From Gammaproteobacteria bacterium (lineage in GTDB: Bacteria; Pseudomonadota; Gammaproteobacteria; Steroidobacterales; GCA-2729495), in contig JBPCXI010000225.1 of NCBI GenBank assembly GCA_051008895.1, positions 1-20,225 of the forward strand: a stretch of DNA of 20,225 nucleotides, in the 5' to 3' direction. The translations under genes and the position numbers were made by a program. The notes under the pieces were generated by a model, which saw only the letters and a list, made by a program, of their open reading frames with translations, made no database searches and had not been told where the DNA came from. How positions within the stretch are numbered: the stretch's first letter is position 1; the number at the start of each line of letters is the position of its first letter. Below are positions 1-8,087 of the stretch, piece after piece.

Positions 1-1002
1 CAAATTCTTGCGCAAGCGCTGGCCGACGGTGGCGCGGCGATCGACGCCGGCGACGCGCCGGTCGCGGTGCGAAACTTCGAGCTGGCGCTCGCGGTCGATG
101 CGGTAAACGCGGAAGCGCGCGCGGGGCTCGAGCGCGCGGGCCGGCTCGACGAGGTGCTGGAACTCATGCGTGTGGCAACGGACACGGAGTCGGCCGGCGA
201 ACTGGCCGCCGCCGCGGCACTGTATGAGCAGGCGTTGGCCATCGATCAGGCATGGACGCCGGCGCGCGAGGGTTTGTCGCGAACGCGCGCGGGCGTCGCG
301 CGCCTGGGCTATGAAACGCGGATGGCGGCAGGATTCGCCGCTCTGGCGGGCGAGGAATACGATCGTGCCCGTCAGGAGTTTGCCGCCGCGCTGCGCATTC
401 GGCCCGGCAACGCCGATGCGCAGGCCGCGATCCGCCAGGTCGATGAGGAACTGCGAATGGCGGACGTCATTCGCCTGCAGGCGCGCGCGCGGATCGCGGA
501 GGCGGGAGAGGATTGGGCAACTGCGGTTGCACGTTACGAGGAGATACTGGCCAAGGATTCGGCGGTGACCTCGGCTCGAAAGAACCTCGAACGCGCCAAG
601 GCGCGCCGGCAACTCGGCGAACTTCTGGATCTCGCGATCTCGAAGGCTGACGAATTCAATGACGACCGCATCGCGCGTGAGGCGCGCGCGGTGCTCGAGC
701 GCGGCGCGGCGGTCAACGATTCCGGCCCGGTACTTGAGGATCAGACCGAACGGTTGCGGGAATTGCTGCGTGTCGCGGCGATACCGGTGCCGGTAGTTTT
801 CCAGTCTGACAATCAGACCGAGGTAGTAATATACAAAGTCGGTAGCCTCGGCATGTTTCAGTCCCGCACGCTCGACCTGAAGCCGGGCCGTTACGTTGCG
901 GTCGGCAGTCGCGAAGGCTATCGCGACGTGCGGCGGAGTTTTCAGGTGATGCCGCAGGGAACCGATGCACCGATCGTAATGAGCTGCGAGGAGCCGATTT
1001 GA
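1..1002 (+). CDS. TPR-like (tetratricopeptide-like) repeat protein, 5' partial. The reading frame is open back to position 1.
   Basis: The ORF at 67..1002 is in frame with no stop back to nt 1. The protein has repeated Ala/Leu-rich helical hairpins typical of TPR-like repeats (AxxAL..YEQAL..D..). Its stop overlaps the TTG start of the next gene (gaTTTGAg), so the two are translationally coupled. Confidence 0.55.
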   Translation, partial: QILAQALADGGAAIDAGDAPVAVRNFELALAVDAVNAEARAGLERAGRLDEVLELMRVATDTESAGELAAAAALYEQALAIDQAWTPAREGLSRTRAGVARLGYETRMAAGFAALAGEEYDRARQEFAAALRIRPGNADAQAAIRQVDEELRMADVIRLQARARIAEAGEDWATAVARYEEILAKDSAVTSARKNLERAKARRQLGELLDLAISKADEFNDDRIAREARAVLERGAAVNDSGPVLEDQTERLRELLRVAAIPVPVVFQSDNQTEVVIYKVGSLGMFQSRTLDLKPGRYVAVGSREGYRDVRRSFQVMPQGTDAPIVMSCEEPI

Positions 1003-3425
1003 GTCGCAACATCATCGTCGTCGATTCGAATGGCGAGCGTCCCGTACCGGCCGAAAAACTCCCGCTGAGCATTGGCAGTCATGTAACCGCCGACGTCAGG
1101 GTTCCCGGCCCGGTTACCGACGGCAATCGCGCGCTTATCGATCTGCTGGACGACCGCCCGTTCCTGCAAACAGCAGGAAAGGAGGGCGTGGAGGTCAACG
1201 GCGAGGCTTTGACGCGGAATCGCTGGCTCGAGGCCGGTGACGTAATAACGATTGCCGGCGTTAGCATCAGCTGCGAGTTGACTCCGGACAATGCACGCCT
1301 TGTCGTCGATTCGACGGCGCTGGAATACCCGACGTTGCCGCCGGAGATCGTGACCGGCGCGATCGAGCAGCCCGAGCCGATTGCACCGGTCCGGCCGACG
1401 TCGCCGCCGCAGCTGCGCGAGCCGCAAAGCGGCGGCAGCCAGCGCCTCAGATACATCGGGATGGGTGCGCTTGGCCTGCTGCTCGCGGTTGCGGCCTATC
1501 TGTTTACCGCTCAGGCAGTGCTGATCGAAGTCGATCCGCCCGGCGCGGAAATACGCGTTGTCGGCGGCCTGCTGTCGCCGAAGGTCGGCGGCCGTTATCT
1601 CCTGCATCGGGATACGTACCGCATCCTCATGACGGCCGACGGTTATCACCCGCTGCGCGAAGAAATAGAAATCGACGATTCGCCGAACCAGTCATTCGAA
1701 TTCTCGTTGCGCAAGTTGCCCGGCAGGCTGGCGATATCGACGGTGCCCGTCGTGCCCGCGCGATTGTCTATCGACGGTGAGGAAGTTGGGGAACTGCCCG
1801 GCGGCGAATTCATCGCGGAGCCCGGTGAGCACGAATTGACCATTGCCGCGGAGCGCTTCCTGCCGCTGGCCACTACGGTCGAGGTCGAGGGCCGCGACGT
1901 TTTGCAGCCGATCGAGCTGCAGCTCGAGCCCGGCTGGGCAGACGTGACCGTCAAGACGACGCCCGGCGACGCGGAGATATTCGTCGACGACGAGTCCGTC
2001 GGCCGGACGCCGGCGACCGTTGAAATAATGGCCGGCAACCGGACGCTCGTCATTCGCAAGGACGGCTATAAATCCGTGACGCGCGAACTCGACGTCGAGC
2101 CCGGCGTCGAGCAGGCTCTGACCGATGTGGAGCTGGCCGAGGCGGACGGGCTGCTGACGGTGATCAGCTCGCCGGTCGGCGCGGCGGTCAGCGTCGACGG
2201 CCGGTACCGGGGAACGACGCCGGTCGAAGTTGAACTCGCCCCGGGCCGTCGTTACAAAGTCATCGCATCCAAAGCGGGATTCGGGACCATCAGCCGCAAC
2301 GTAACGATGGAGTCGCGTAGCGGCCGGACGATTCGCATCGCTCTCGAGGCGCGGATCGGCATCCTGCGCGTGAGCGCCGAACCACCAGACGCTGAGCTGA
2401 TCGTCGACGGTGAATCTCGCGGCGTCGCCAACCAGGAGTTGTCGTTGCCGGCGCGACCGCACCGGATCGAGATTCGCAAAGCGGGTTACGAAACGTATAG
2501 CACCGAAATCAGCCCGCAGCCGGGGTTGCCGGAGAGTATCGAGGTGCGCTTGTTGACGCCGAAGGAAGCCGTGCTGGCCGCGACACCGAGCACGCTGCAA
2601 ACAGGCGACGGCACCAGCATGGTTCTGGTGCGTCCGGGCGGAGAGTTCGAAATGGGCGCGCCGCGCCGGGAGCAGGGTCGCAGGCCCAACGAAGCGACGC
2701 ATCGTGTGAGTCTGACGCGGCCGTTCTATATCGCGAAGACTGAGGTGACCAACTCGCAGTTTCAGGCATTCAAGCCGAAGCATACGTCCGGCGCGGAGAA
2801 GTACCGTCAGCTCGCGACCGGCAATCATCCGGCCGTGATGCTGAGTTGGGAAGAGGCCACCGGCTACTGCAACTGGCTGAGTTCCAAGGATGGCTTGCCT
2901 CCCGCCTATGTATTCGAGAACGGTGCGATCACCCTCGCCACGCCGCCGACCATCGGTTACCGGCTGCCGACTGAGGCGGAATGGGCGTGGGCCGCGCGGT
3001 TCAGCGGCGGCGGCGGGCAGCGCAAGTATCCGTGGGGTGACAAGATGCCACCCACCGAAGACGCCGGGAATTTCGCCGACAAGTCGGCACGATCCGTACT
3101 GCCGAACGTGCTGGTCAACTACAGCGACAGATTCCCGATAACGGCGCCGGTCGGCAGCTTCCGGCCTAGCCCGATTGGCCTGTACGACCTCGGCGGCAAC
3201 GTGGCCGAGTGGGTCAACGATCGCTATTCGGTGTACACGCAGTCGAAAGGCGTCGAAGTCGATCCGCTCGGACCCGACAAAGGGCAGTATCATGTTATCC
3301 GCGGCTCCGGATGGAGGCACTCGAGCATTAGTGAACTGCGTTACGCTTATCGTGATTTTGGCAATCGCGGCCGCCTCGACGTCGGCTTCAGGATCGCGCG
3401 CTATGCAGAAGCGGCCGCGGAGTAG
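999..3425 (+). CDS. Membrane protein with an N-terminal FHA-like domain, one TM helix, about 5-6 PEGA domains and a C-terminal FGE-sulfatase (SUMF1/formylglycine-generating-enzyme-like) domain.
   Basis: TTG start with a GAGGAG Shine-Dalgarno 5-6 nt upstream. N-terminus: SIGSHVTADVRV...NRALIDL...VEVNGEAL fits an FHA pattern. Hydrophobic stretch YIGMGALGLLLAVAAYLF is a TM helix. Repeated PEGA-type modules follow, e.g. VKTTPGDAEIFVDDESVGRTPATVEI...RKDGYKS. The C-terminal 260 aa carry FGE-sulfatase family motifs (YRLPTEAEWAWAAR, GNVAEWVND, IRGSGWRH, GFRIAR). Confidence 0.8.
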   Translation: MSRNIIVVDSNGERPVPAEKLPLSIGSHVTADVRVPGPVTDGNRALIDLLDDRPFLQTAGKEGVEVNGEALTRNRWLEAGDVITIAGVSISCELTPDNARLVVDSTALEYPTLPPEIVTGAIEQPEPIAPVRPTSPPQLREPQSGGSQRLRYIGMGALGLLLAVAAYLFTAQAVLIEVDPPGAEIRVVGGLLSPKVGGRYLLHRDTYRILMTADGYHPLREEIEIDDSPNQSFEFSLRKLPGRLAISTVPVVPARLSIDGEEVGELPGGEFIAEPGEHELTIAAERFLPLATTVEVEGRDVLQPIELQLEPGWADVTVKTTPGDAEIFVDDESVGRTPATVEIMAGNRTLVIRKDGYKSVTRELDVEPGVEQALTDVELAEADGLLTVISSPVGAAVSVDGRYRGTTPVEVELAPGRRYKVIASKAGFGTISRNVTMESRSGRTIRIALEARIGILRVSAEPPDAELIVDGESRGVANQELSLPARPHRIEIRKAGYETYSTEISPQPGLPESIEVRLLTPKEAVLAATPSTLQTGDGTSMVLVRPGGEFEMGAPRREQGRRPNEATHRVSLTRPFYIAKTEVTNSQFQAFKPKHTSGAEKYRQLATGNHPAVMLSWEEATGYCNWLSSKDGLPPAYVFENGAITLATPPTIGYRLPTEAEWAWAARFSGGGGQRKYPWGDKMPPTEDAGNFADKSARSVLPNVLVNYSDRFPITAPVGSFRPSPIGLYDLGGNVAEWVNDRYSVYTQSKGVEVDPLGPDKGQYHVIRGSGWRHSSISELRYAYRDFGNRGRLDVGFRIARYAEAAAE

Positions 3426-3428
3426 GCG

Positions 3429-3710
3429 ATGGCGAGATATCTGAGTCTCGTATTTCTGCTGCTGGCGTGCCTTGCCGCGGTGGCGATTGCGCAGCAGTCC
3501 GGCGATGCGGAGACCGGCGCGGAACAGGAGGCCGGCGAGGATGCCGGGACTTCGCCGACCACGGTGATCGACGAACTGACGCAGGCGGAAATCGATGCCG
3601 AGCTGGCGAAGGCCGAGAAGGTCCTGGAGGATCCGGACGACGTGAAGGAATATATTGAAGACAAGCCGCTGCCGGCTGATTTGCCGCTGGCGATTCCGTC
3701 GGATTTTTGA
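3429..3710 (+). CDS. Small secreted, highly acidic protein (93 aa) with an N-terminal signal peptide.
   Basis: GGAG Shine-Dalgarno 6 nt upstream of the ATG. N-terminus MARYLSLVFLLLACLAAVAIA-QQ is a signal peptide with an AxA cleavage motif. The mature part is extremely Asp/Glu-rich. It sits 3 nt after the upstream stop and 17 nt before the next gene. Confidence 0.55.
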   Translation: MARYLSLVFLLLACLAAVAIAQQSGDAETGAEQEAGEDAGTSPTTVIDELTQAEIDAELAKAEKVLEDPDDVKEYIEDKPLPADLPLAIPSDF

Positions 3711-3727
3711 ATTGAGACCTACCGCAT

Positions 3728-4525
3728 ATGAAGAGTAATTTTTCCACCGAATTCGTCTTCCAGGCGTTCTCGCTGATCATTTCGATCATCGTCGTACACG
3801 CGTTTTATGTCGGCGCCGTGCGACCGAACGCGGCCGCCGTGCTCGAGGAGGAGGCCATTCTGATCGCGGAAGATCCTGACTACGTGCCCGAACGCTCGGT
3901 GTTCGTGATCGTCAAGGACTTCGAGCAGGAGGCTTGTTTCGTATTGATGTTCTGGGCGCTCGGCATCATGGGTTACAAGGCGTGGTCCGCGAAACAGGAG
4001 CGCGATCTGCTGGACCTCGACCTCGTCCCGATCGCCGACGGCGTGCGGGTATTGCCCGATGACAGCCGGGAGTATTCCCGGCAGCTGCAGGCGCTGCCGG
4101 AAACGCAGCGGCGCTTGCTGCTGCCGCGGGCGTTGCTGGCAGCGCTGCAACGCTTCGGCGCAACGCGTAACGTGCAGGACGTATCGTCGTCGACCAATAC
4201 GATGGTCAACATGGAAGCCGAACGCCTGGAGTCGGAACTGTCGATGATTCGTTATATCGCATGGGCGATTCCGTCGATCGGGTTCATCGGCACCGTGCGC
4301 GGCATCGGTGCGGCACTCGGTCTCGCGCATCGCGCAGTCGACGGCGATATCAGCGGCGTGACCCAGAGTCTGGGCACGGCGTTCAATTCCACCTTCATCG
4401 CGCTGTTGATCAGCATCTTCCTGATGTTTCTCGTGCATCAGCTGCAGCTACTGCAGGAGAGGCTGATTTTCGACGCGGAAGCGTATGTCGATCAGAACCT
4501 GATCCGGCACATGCAGTCTGACTAG
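3728..4525 (+). CDS. MotA/TolQ/ExbB-family proton (ion) channel subunit with four predicted TM helices.
   Basis: Four hydrophobic helices with a roughly 80-aa cytoplasmic loop between TM2 and TM3, which is MotA-like topology. The C-terminal helices carry the family signature (IPSIGFIGTVRGIGAALG and LGTAFNSTFIALLISIF, including the Pro in TM3). Confidence 0.7.
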   Translation: MKSNFSTEFVFQAFSLIISIIVVHAFYVGAVRPNAAAVLEEEAILIAEDPDYVPERSVFVIVKDFEQEACFVLMFWALGIMGYKAWSAKQERDLLDLDLVPIADGVRVLPDDSREYSRQLQALPETQRRLLLPRALLAALQRFGATRNVQDVSSSTNTMVNMEAERLESELSMIRYIAWAIPSIGFIGTVRGIGAALGLAHRAVDGDISGVTQSLGTAFNSTFIALLISIFLMFLVHQLQLLQERLIFDAEAYVDQNLIRHMQSD

Positions 4526-4546
4526 CCGGCAGCTGCGGCGTTTCCA

Positions 4547-5935
4547 ATGGCATTGTTTGCGATCGATCTGAACGACGCGGCAATTACCGTGGTTGGCCCG
4601 GACGGGATCGCAATGGCCGAGCCGGGGTACGCGCCTGGGTATGCGGCGACCGTCGACGGGCGATTGCTGTTCGGCATGGACGCATGGAAGGAATCCCGAT
4701 TACACCCGCGGAGCACAGCGAACGGATTCTGGAGCGACTTCTCGGAGGATCCGCTGGCACGCGAGTTTGCCGGTTGCTCAAGCTCGGCGGACCTCGCGCA
4801 CGTTCATCTCGAGGCGCTGCTCGCCGGATTACCGTCCCGACCTGCGGCGGCGCTGATCGTCGTGCCGCCGAACTGGACTACGCGGCAGCTCGGCCTGCTG
4901 CTCGGCATTGCGGAGGACATCGCGTTGCCGATACGCGGTCTCGTCGACCCGGCCGTCGCGGCGACGCGCGGCGAGTACGCCGGGCACCGATTGTTGCATA
5001 TCGACAGCGGCCTGCAGTCATCGACGATCACGCGCCTCGATCAGCACGGCCGCGTGTCGCTCGGCGAGCGGCAGGTCGTCGAGCGGGTTGGCATTATGCA
5101 GCTCGAGCGCGCATGCGTTACGTTTATCGCCGGACGTTTTCTGCAGGCGACTCGTTTCGATCCGGCGCACGATGCGCGCAGCGAACAATATCTGTACGAC
5201 AATCTGTATGCGTGGATTCGCGACGTGGACCGGCAAGAGGAGGTCGGTCTGACGATCGAATTCGGTGCGAACGAGTTCGGCACGACGATCCGCCGCGCAG
5301 ACCTCGCGGCGCGCGTCGCTGACGCATTCGAGCCGGTGGCGCGCCAGATACGCAGCTCGGTCAGCGCGGGTGAGCAAGTCGCAATTCAGGTGTCCGCGCG
5401 CCTTGCGGAGTTTCCCGGCGTGGTCGAGGCGCTGGCGAAATTGCCGCAGGCCAGCGTTTTCGTGCTGGATCAGGCAGCCGGGGCGATCGGAGCGCTGCAG
5501 CGCGAACAATGTTTCATGCCGACCGGCGGCGGGGTTGGGCTGACGACGACGTTACCGTGGGATCGAACGGTCGCTGTGGCGCAGGATTCGAGCGTACCGG
5601 CAGACTTCGAGCCCGAGATCGTCGAGCCGACCCACGTATTTTACGGCGGTAATGTTTACCGACTCACGAGCGCCCCGTTCAACATCGGGGTTGAACTTGC
5701 GGCCGGCGAATACGGTCTACAATTGGGTGCATCGCTTGGCGGCGTATCACGCAGGCACTGCAGCATTCGACGCGGTCAGAACGGCGTTGAACTCGCGGAC
5801 CATAGCCGCTTCGGCACGAAGCTGAACGGCCACGCGATCGACGGCGCCGTCGTACTGCAGGCGGGCGACATTGTTACGATCGGCAGTCCGCCGGTGCAAT
5901 TGCGCCTCGTGCGCGAAATCGGTAGCCGGGACTAG
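4547..5935 (+). CDS. Cytoplasmic protein with a C-terminal FHA domain and an uncharacterised N-terminal region of about 330 aa.
   Basis: The C-terminus (GVSRRHCSIRR...GVELADHSRFGTKLNGHAIDG...GDIVTIG) is a textbook FHA core. No TM segment is present. The N-terminus (MALFAIDLNDAAITVV) weakly resembles the first phosphate-binding motif of Hsp70/actin-fold ATPases. Confidence 0.7.
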   Translation: MALFAIDLNDAAITVVGPDGIAMAEPGYAPGYAATVDGRLLFGMDAWKESRLHPRSTANGFWSDFSEDPLAREFAGCSSSADLAHVHLEALLAGLPSRPAAALIVVPPNWTTRQLGLLLGIAEDIALPIRGLVDPAVAATRGEYAGHRLLHIDSGLQSSTITRLDQHGRVSLGERQVVERVGIMQLERACVTFIAGRFLQATRFDPAHDARSEQYLYDNLYAWIRDVDRQEEVGLTIEFGANEFGTTIRRADLAARVADAFEPVARQIRSSVSAGEQVAIQVSARLAEFPGVVEALAKLPQASVFVLDQAAGAIGALQREQCFMPTGGGVGLTTTLPWDRTVAVAQDSSVPADFEPEIVEPTHVFYGGNVYRLTSAPFNIGVELAAGEYGLQLGASLGGVSRRHCSIRRGQNGVELADHSRFGTKLNGHAIDGAVVLQAGDIVTIGSPPVQLRLVREIGSRD

Positions 5936-5939
5936 GCGC

Positions 5940-7037
5940 ATGGCGCGAAAGAGATTTAACGTATTCAACCTGTCTTTCCTCGACGTGATGGCGTGTGGCC
6001 TCGGCGCGATTGTGCTGTTCTACATGATCATCAACGCGCAGGTGTCGCGGCGTGCCGATCAGGCCAATGAAACGTTGCTGGCCGAGTCGACGATGCTTGA
6101 AGAAGAGGTGCTGGACGGGCGCAAGGATCTGATACGCGTGCGCACCACACTCGAGGCCAAGGAAGAGGAGCGGCTCGCAAGGGATACCGAGGCGGATCGT
6201 TTACGCGAGGAGCTCGAGCGACTGCTGGCCGAGCTGGCCGCGTCCGAGAAAAGCACGGTCGCCCAGACCGAGAGTATCGAACAACTGGAGGCTGACATCG
6301 AGCGCCTCGAAGACGCCAAGCGGCGCCTGTCGGCCGAGGCCGCGGACCGCGCGCCGGAATCCGGCCGACGGGTCCGTACGTTTGTCGGCGACGGCAACCG
6401 TCAGTACCTGACGGGCATGAGGATGGGCGGCAGCCGCGTACTGTTCCTCGTCGACGCATCGACGAGCATGCTCGGCCGTTCCTACGTAAACGTCGTGCGC
6501 TTCCGTAATATGCAGCCGTCGCGCAAACGCCTTGCGCCGAAATGGCAGCAGGTCGTAAACAGCGTCGACTGGCTCACCACTCAGCTTTCGCCGGGCATCA
6601 AATTTCAGCTCTACGTCTTCAACGAGCAAGCCAATAGTGTGGTCGACGGTAGCGACGGCAAGTGGATTGACGTGAAAGACGGGAGCGAGCTCAGTGAAGC
6701 AGTTGATGCACTGCGACTCGTCACGCCGGAGAAGGGTACTAGCCTGATCAATGCGTTCTCTCGCATCAGCGAACTCGACCCGCTGCCCGACAACATCTAT
6801 TTGTTGACCGACGGGCTGCCGACGCAGGGCAAGGTGCCGCCGAATGAGGTCGTGCGGGTCAAGGAGAGTCGTCGCATCGACTATTTCGAGAAGGCCGTGC
6901 GGCAATTGCCGCGGAAGGTGCCGGTCAATATTTTGTTGTATCCAATGGTTGGCGATCCCGCCGCGGCCGGGTTGTTCTGGCAGCTGGCGATTGCGAGTAA
7001 TGGTTCGCTGCTGACGCCGTCGCGTGACTGGCCGTAG
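5940..7037 (+). CDS. ExbD/TolR/MotB-like single-pass membrane protein with a long coiled coil and a C-terminal von Willebrand factor A (VWA, MIDAS) domain.
   Basis: The start is ATG 5940, which is preferred over the longer 5871 ORF. The N-terminus MARKRFNVFNLSFLDVMACGLGAIVLFYMI matches the ExbD/TolR TM helix with its conserved Asp (compare ExbD PFIDVMLVLL). The Glu/Leu/Arg-rich segment after the TM helix is a heptad-like coiled coil. The VWA domain has a DASTS MIDAS motif (LFLVDASTSM) and a downstream TDG motif (IYLLTDGLPT). Confidence 0.7.
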   Translation: MARKRFNVFNLSFLDVMACGLGAIVLFYMIINAQVSRRADQANETLLAESTMLEEEVLDGRKDLIRVRTTLEAKEEERLARDTEADRLREELERLLAELAASEKSTVAQTESIEQLEADIERLEDAKRRLSAEAADRAPESGRRVRTFVGDGNRQYLTGMRMGGSRVLFLVDASTSMLGRSYVNVVRFRNMQPSRKRLAPKWQQVVNSVDWLTTQLSPGIKFQLYVFNEQANSVVDGSDGKWIDVKDGSELSEAVDALRLVTPEKGTSLINAFSRISELDPLPDNIYLLTDGLPTQGKVPPNEVVRVKESRRIDYFEKAVRQLPRKVPVNILLYPMVGDPAAAGLFWQLAIASNGSLLTPSRDWP

Positions 7038-7061
7038 ACGCCGAACGATGGTCGCATTGCT

Positions 7062-8057
7062 ATGAAGAAGAAAAATCGCGAAACAGAGACCTTCAGCCTG
7101 TCGTTTCTCGACGCGGTGACCTGCGCATTCGGGGCCGTCATTCTGCTGCTGGTGTTGACGAAAATCTATGAGCCGCAGACGATCGAGCGCAGCAAGCAGG
7201 AGCTCGCCGGGCTGATCGCCGCGTTGCAGAAGGAGTTGTTCGATCTGCGCGGCGAGACGGCCGTGCTCAATCGCGAGATGGTTACCGTCGACGATCAGCT
7301 GGCGAAGTCGCGCCAGGCGGTCGCGACGCTGCGCGGCGACGTGTCCGATGTTCGCGGCCAGTTCGAGGCGTCCCAGGACAGCGCCGACGTCGATAGCGAG
7401 CAGCGCGGCGAACTGGTTGCTGCGCGGCAAATGTTGACCGAGGAAATGAAACGCCTGCTCGCGAATTATCAACCCGCTGACAACGAAACGACCGTTGGCG
7501 GCATTCCGGTCGACAGTGAGTACATCATTTTCGTCATCGATACGTCCGGCAGCATGTTCCAGGGCCCTTGGCGGTTGGTACTCAAGAAAATCGAGGAGAC
7601 GCTGTCGGTCTACCCGGAGGTCAAGGGCATTCAGGTGCTGAACGACGAAGGACGGTATATGTTCTCGTCGTACGCCGGCAAATGGATCCCCGACTCGCCG
7701 ACCGCGCGTCGGAATATCATCAGCCGCCTGGCCAACTGGAATCCGTACAGCGATTCGAGTCCGGTCGAGGGGATATCCGAGGCGATAAACACGTTCTACG
7801 AGCCGGGCAAACCGATCAGTATTTTCGTATTCGGGGATGACTTCCCGCGCGGGCAGGTCGAGGCGGTTGCCCGCTTCATCGACAGAGTCAACAAAACAAA
7901 CGCATCAGGCGATCGGCTGGTCCGCATTCACGGGGTTGGATTTCCGACACAGCTGGCGGGCGGGCGCACGCGCAATGCGCAGCAGTTTGCGAACCTGATG
8001 AGGACGCTGTGCGAGCGCAACGGCGGATCGTTCGTCGCACTGACGTATTTGAACTAG
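7062..8057 (+). CDS. Paralogous ExbD/TolR-like TM helix, coiled coil and VWA-domain protein.
   Basis: The N-terminus FSLSFLDAVTCAFGAVILLLVL has the same ExbD-type TM Asp motif. A coiled coil follows, then a VWA domain with a DxSxS MIDAS motif (IIFVIDTSGSM). The architecture is the same as the upstream gene. Confidence 0.7.
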   Translation: MKKKNRETETFSLSFLDAVTCAFGAVILLLVLTKIYEPQTIERSKQELAGLIAALQKELFDLRGETAVLNREMVTVDDQLAKSRQAVATLRGDVSDVRGQFEASQDSADVDSEQRGELVAARQMLTEEMKRLLANYQPADNETTVGGIPVDSEYIIFVIDTSGSMFQGPWRLVLKKIEETLSVYPEVKGIQVLNDEGRYMFSSYAGKWIPDSPTARRNIISRLANWNPYSDSSPVEGISEAINTFYEPGKPISIFVFGDDFPRGQVEAVARFIDRVNKTNASGDRLVRIHGVGFPTQLAGGRTRNAQQFANLMRTLCERNGGSFVALTYLN

Positions 8058-8087
8058 ACGGCGTCTGAATCGCGGAGAAATGCAGAG

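Noticed and set aside
1692-3320. 542-aa minus-strand ORF antisense to the FHA-PEGA-FGE gene.
   Set aside because: It is Arg/Ala/Pro-rich with low-complexity composition and no recognisable domains. It lies fully inside a + strand gene with strong domain evidence. It is a typical GC-rich antisense artefact.
5871-5939. Longer start (ATG 5871) for the first VWA gene.
   Set aside because: It would overlap the upstream FHA gene by 65 nt and add a Cys/Arg-rich peptide with no counterpart in the paralog. ATG 5940 gives an N-terminus that aligns with the paralog and with ExbD.
6201-7472. 423-aa minus-strand ORF spanning the junction of the two VWA genes.
   Set aside because: It is antisense to two well-supported + strand genes. 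It has biased Arg/Leu/Gln composition with no motifs and no ribosome-binding site.
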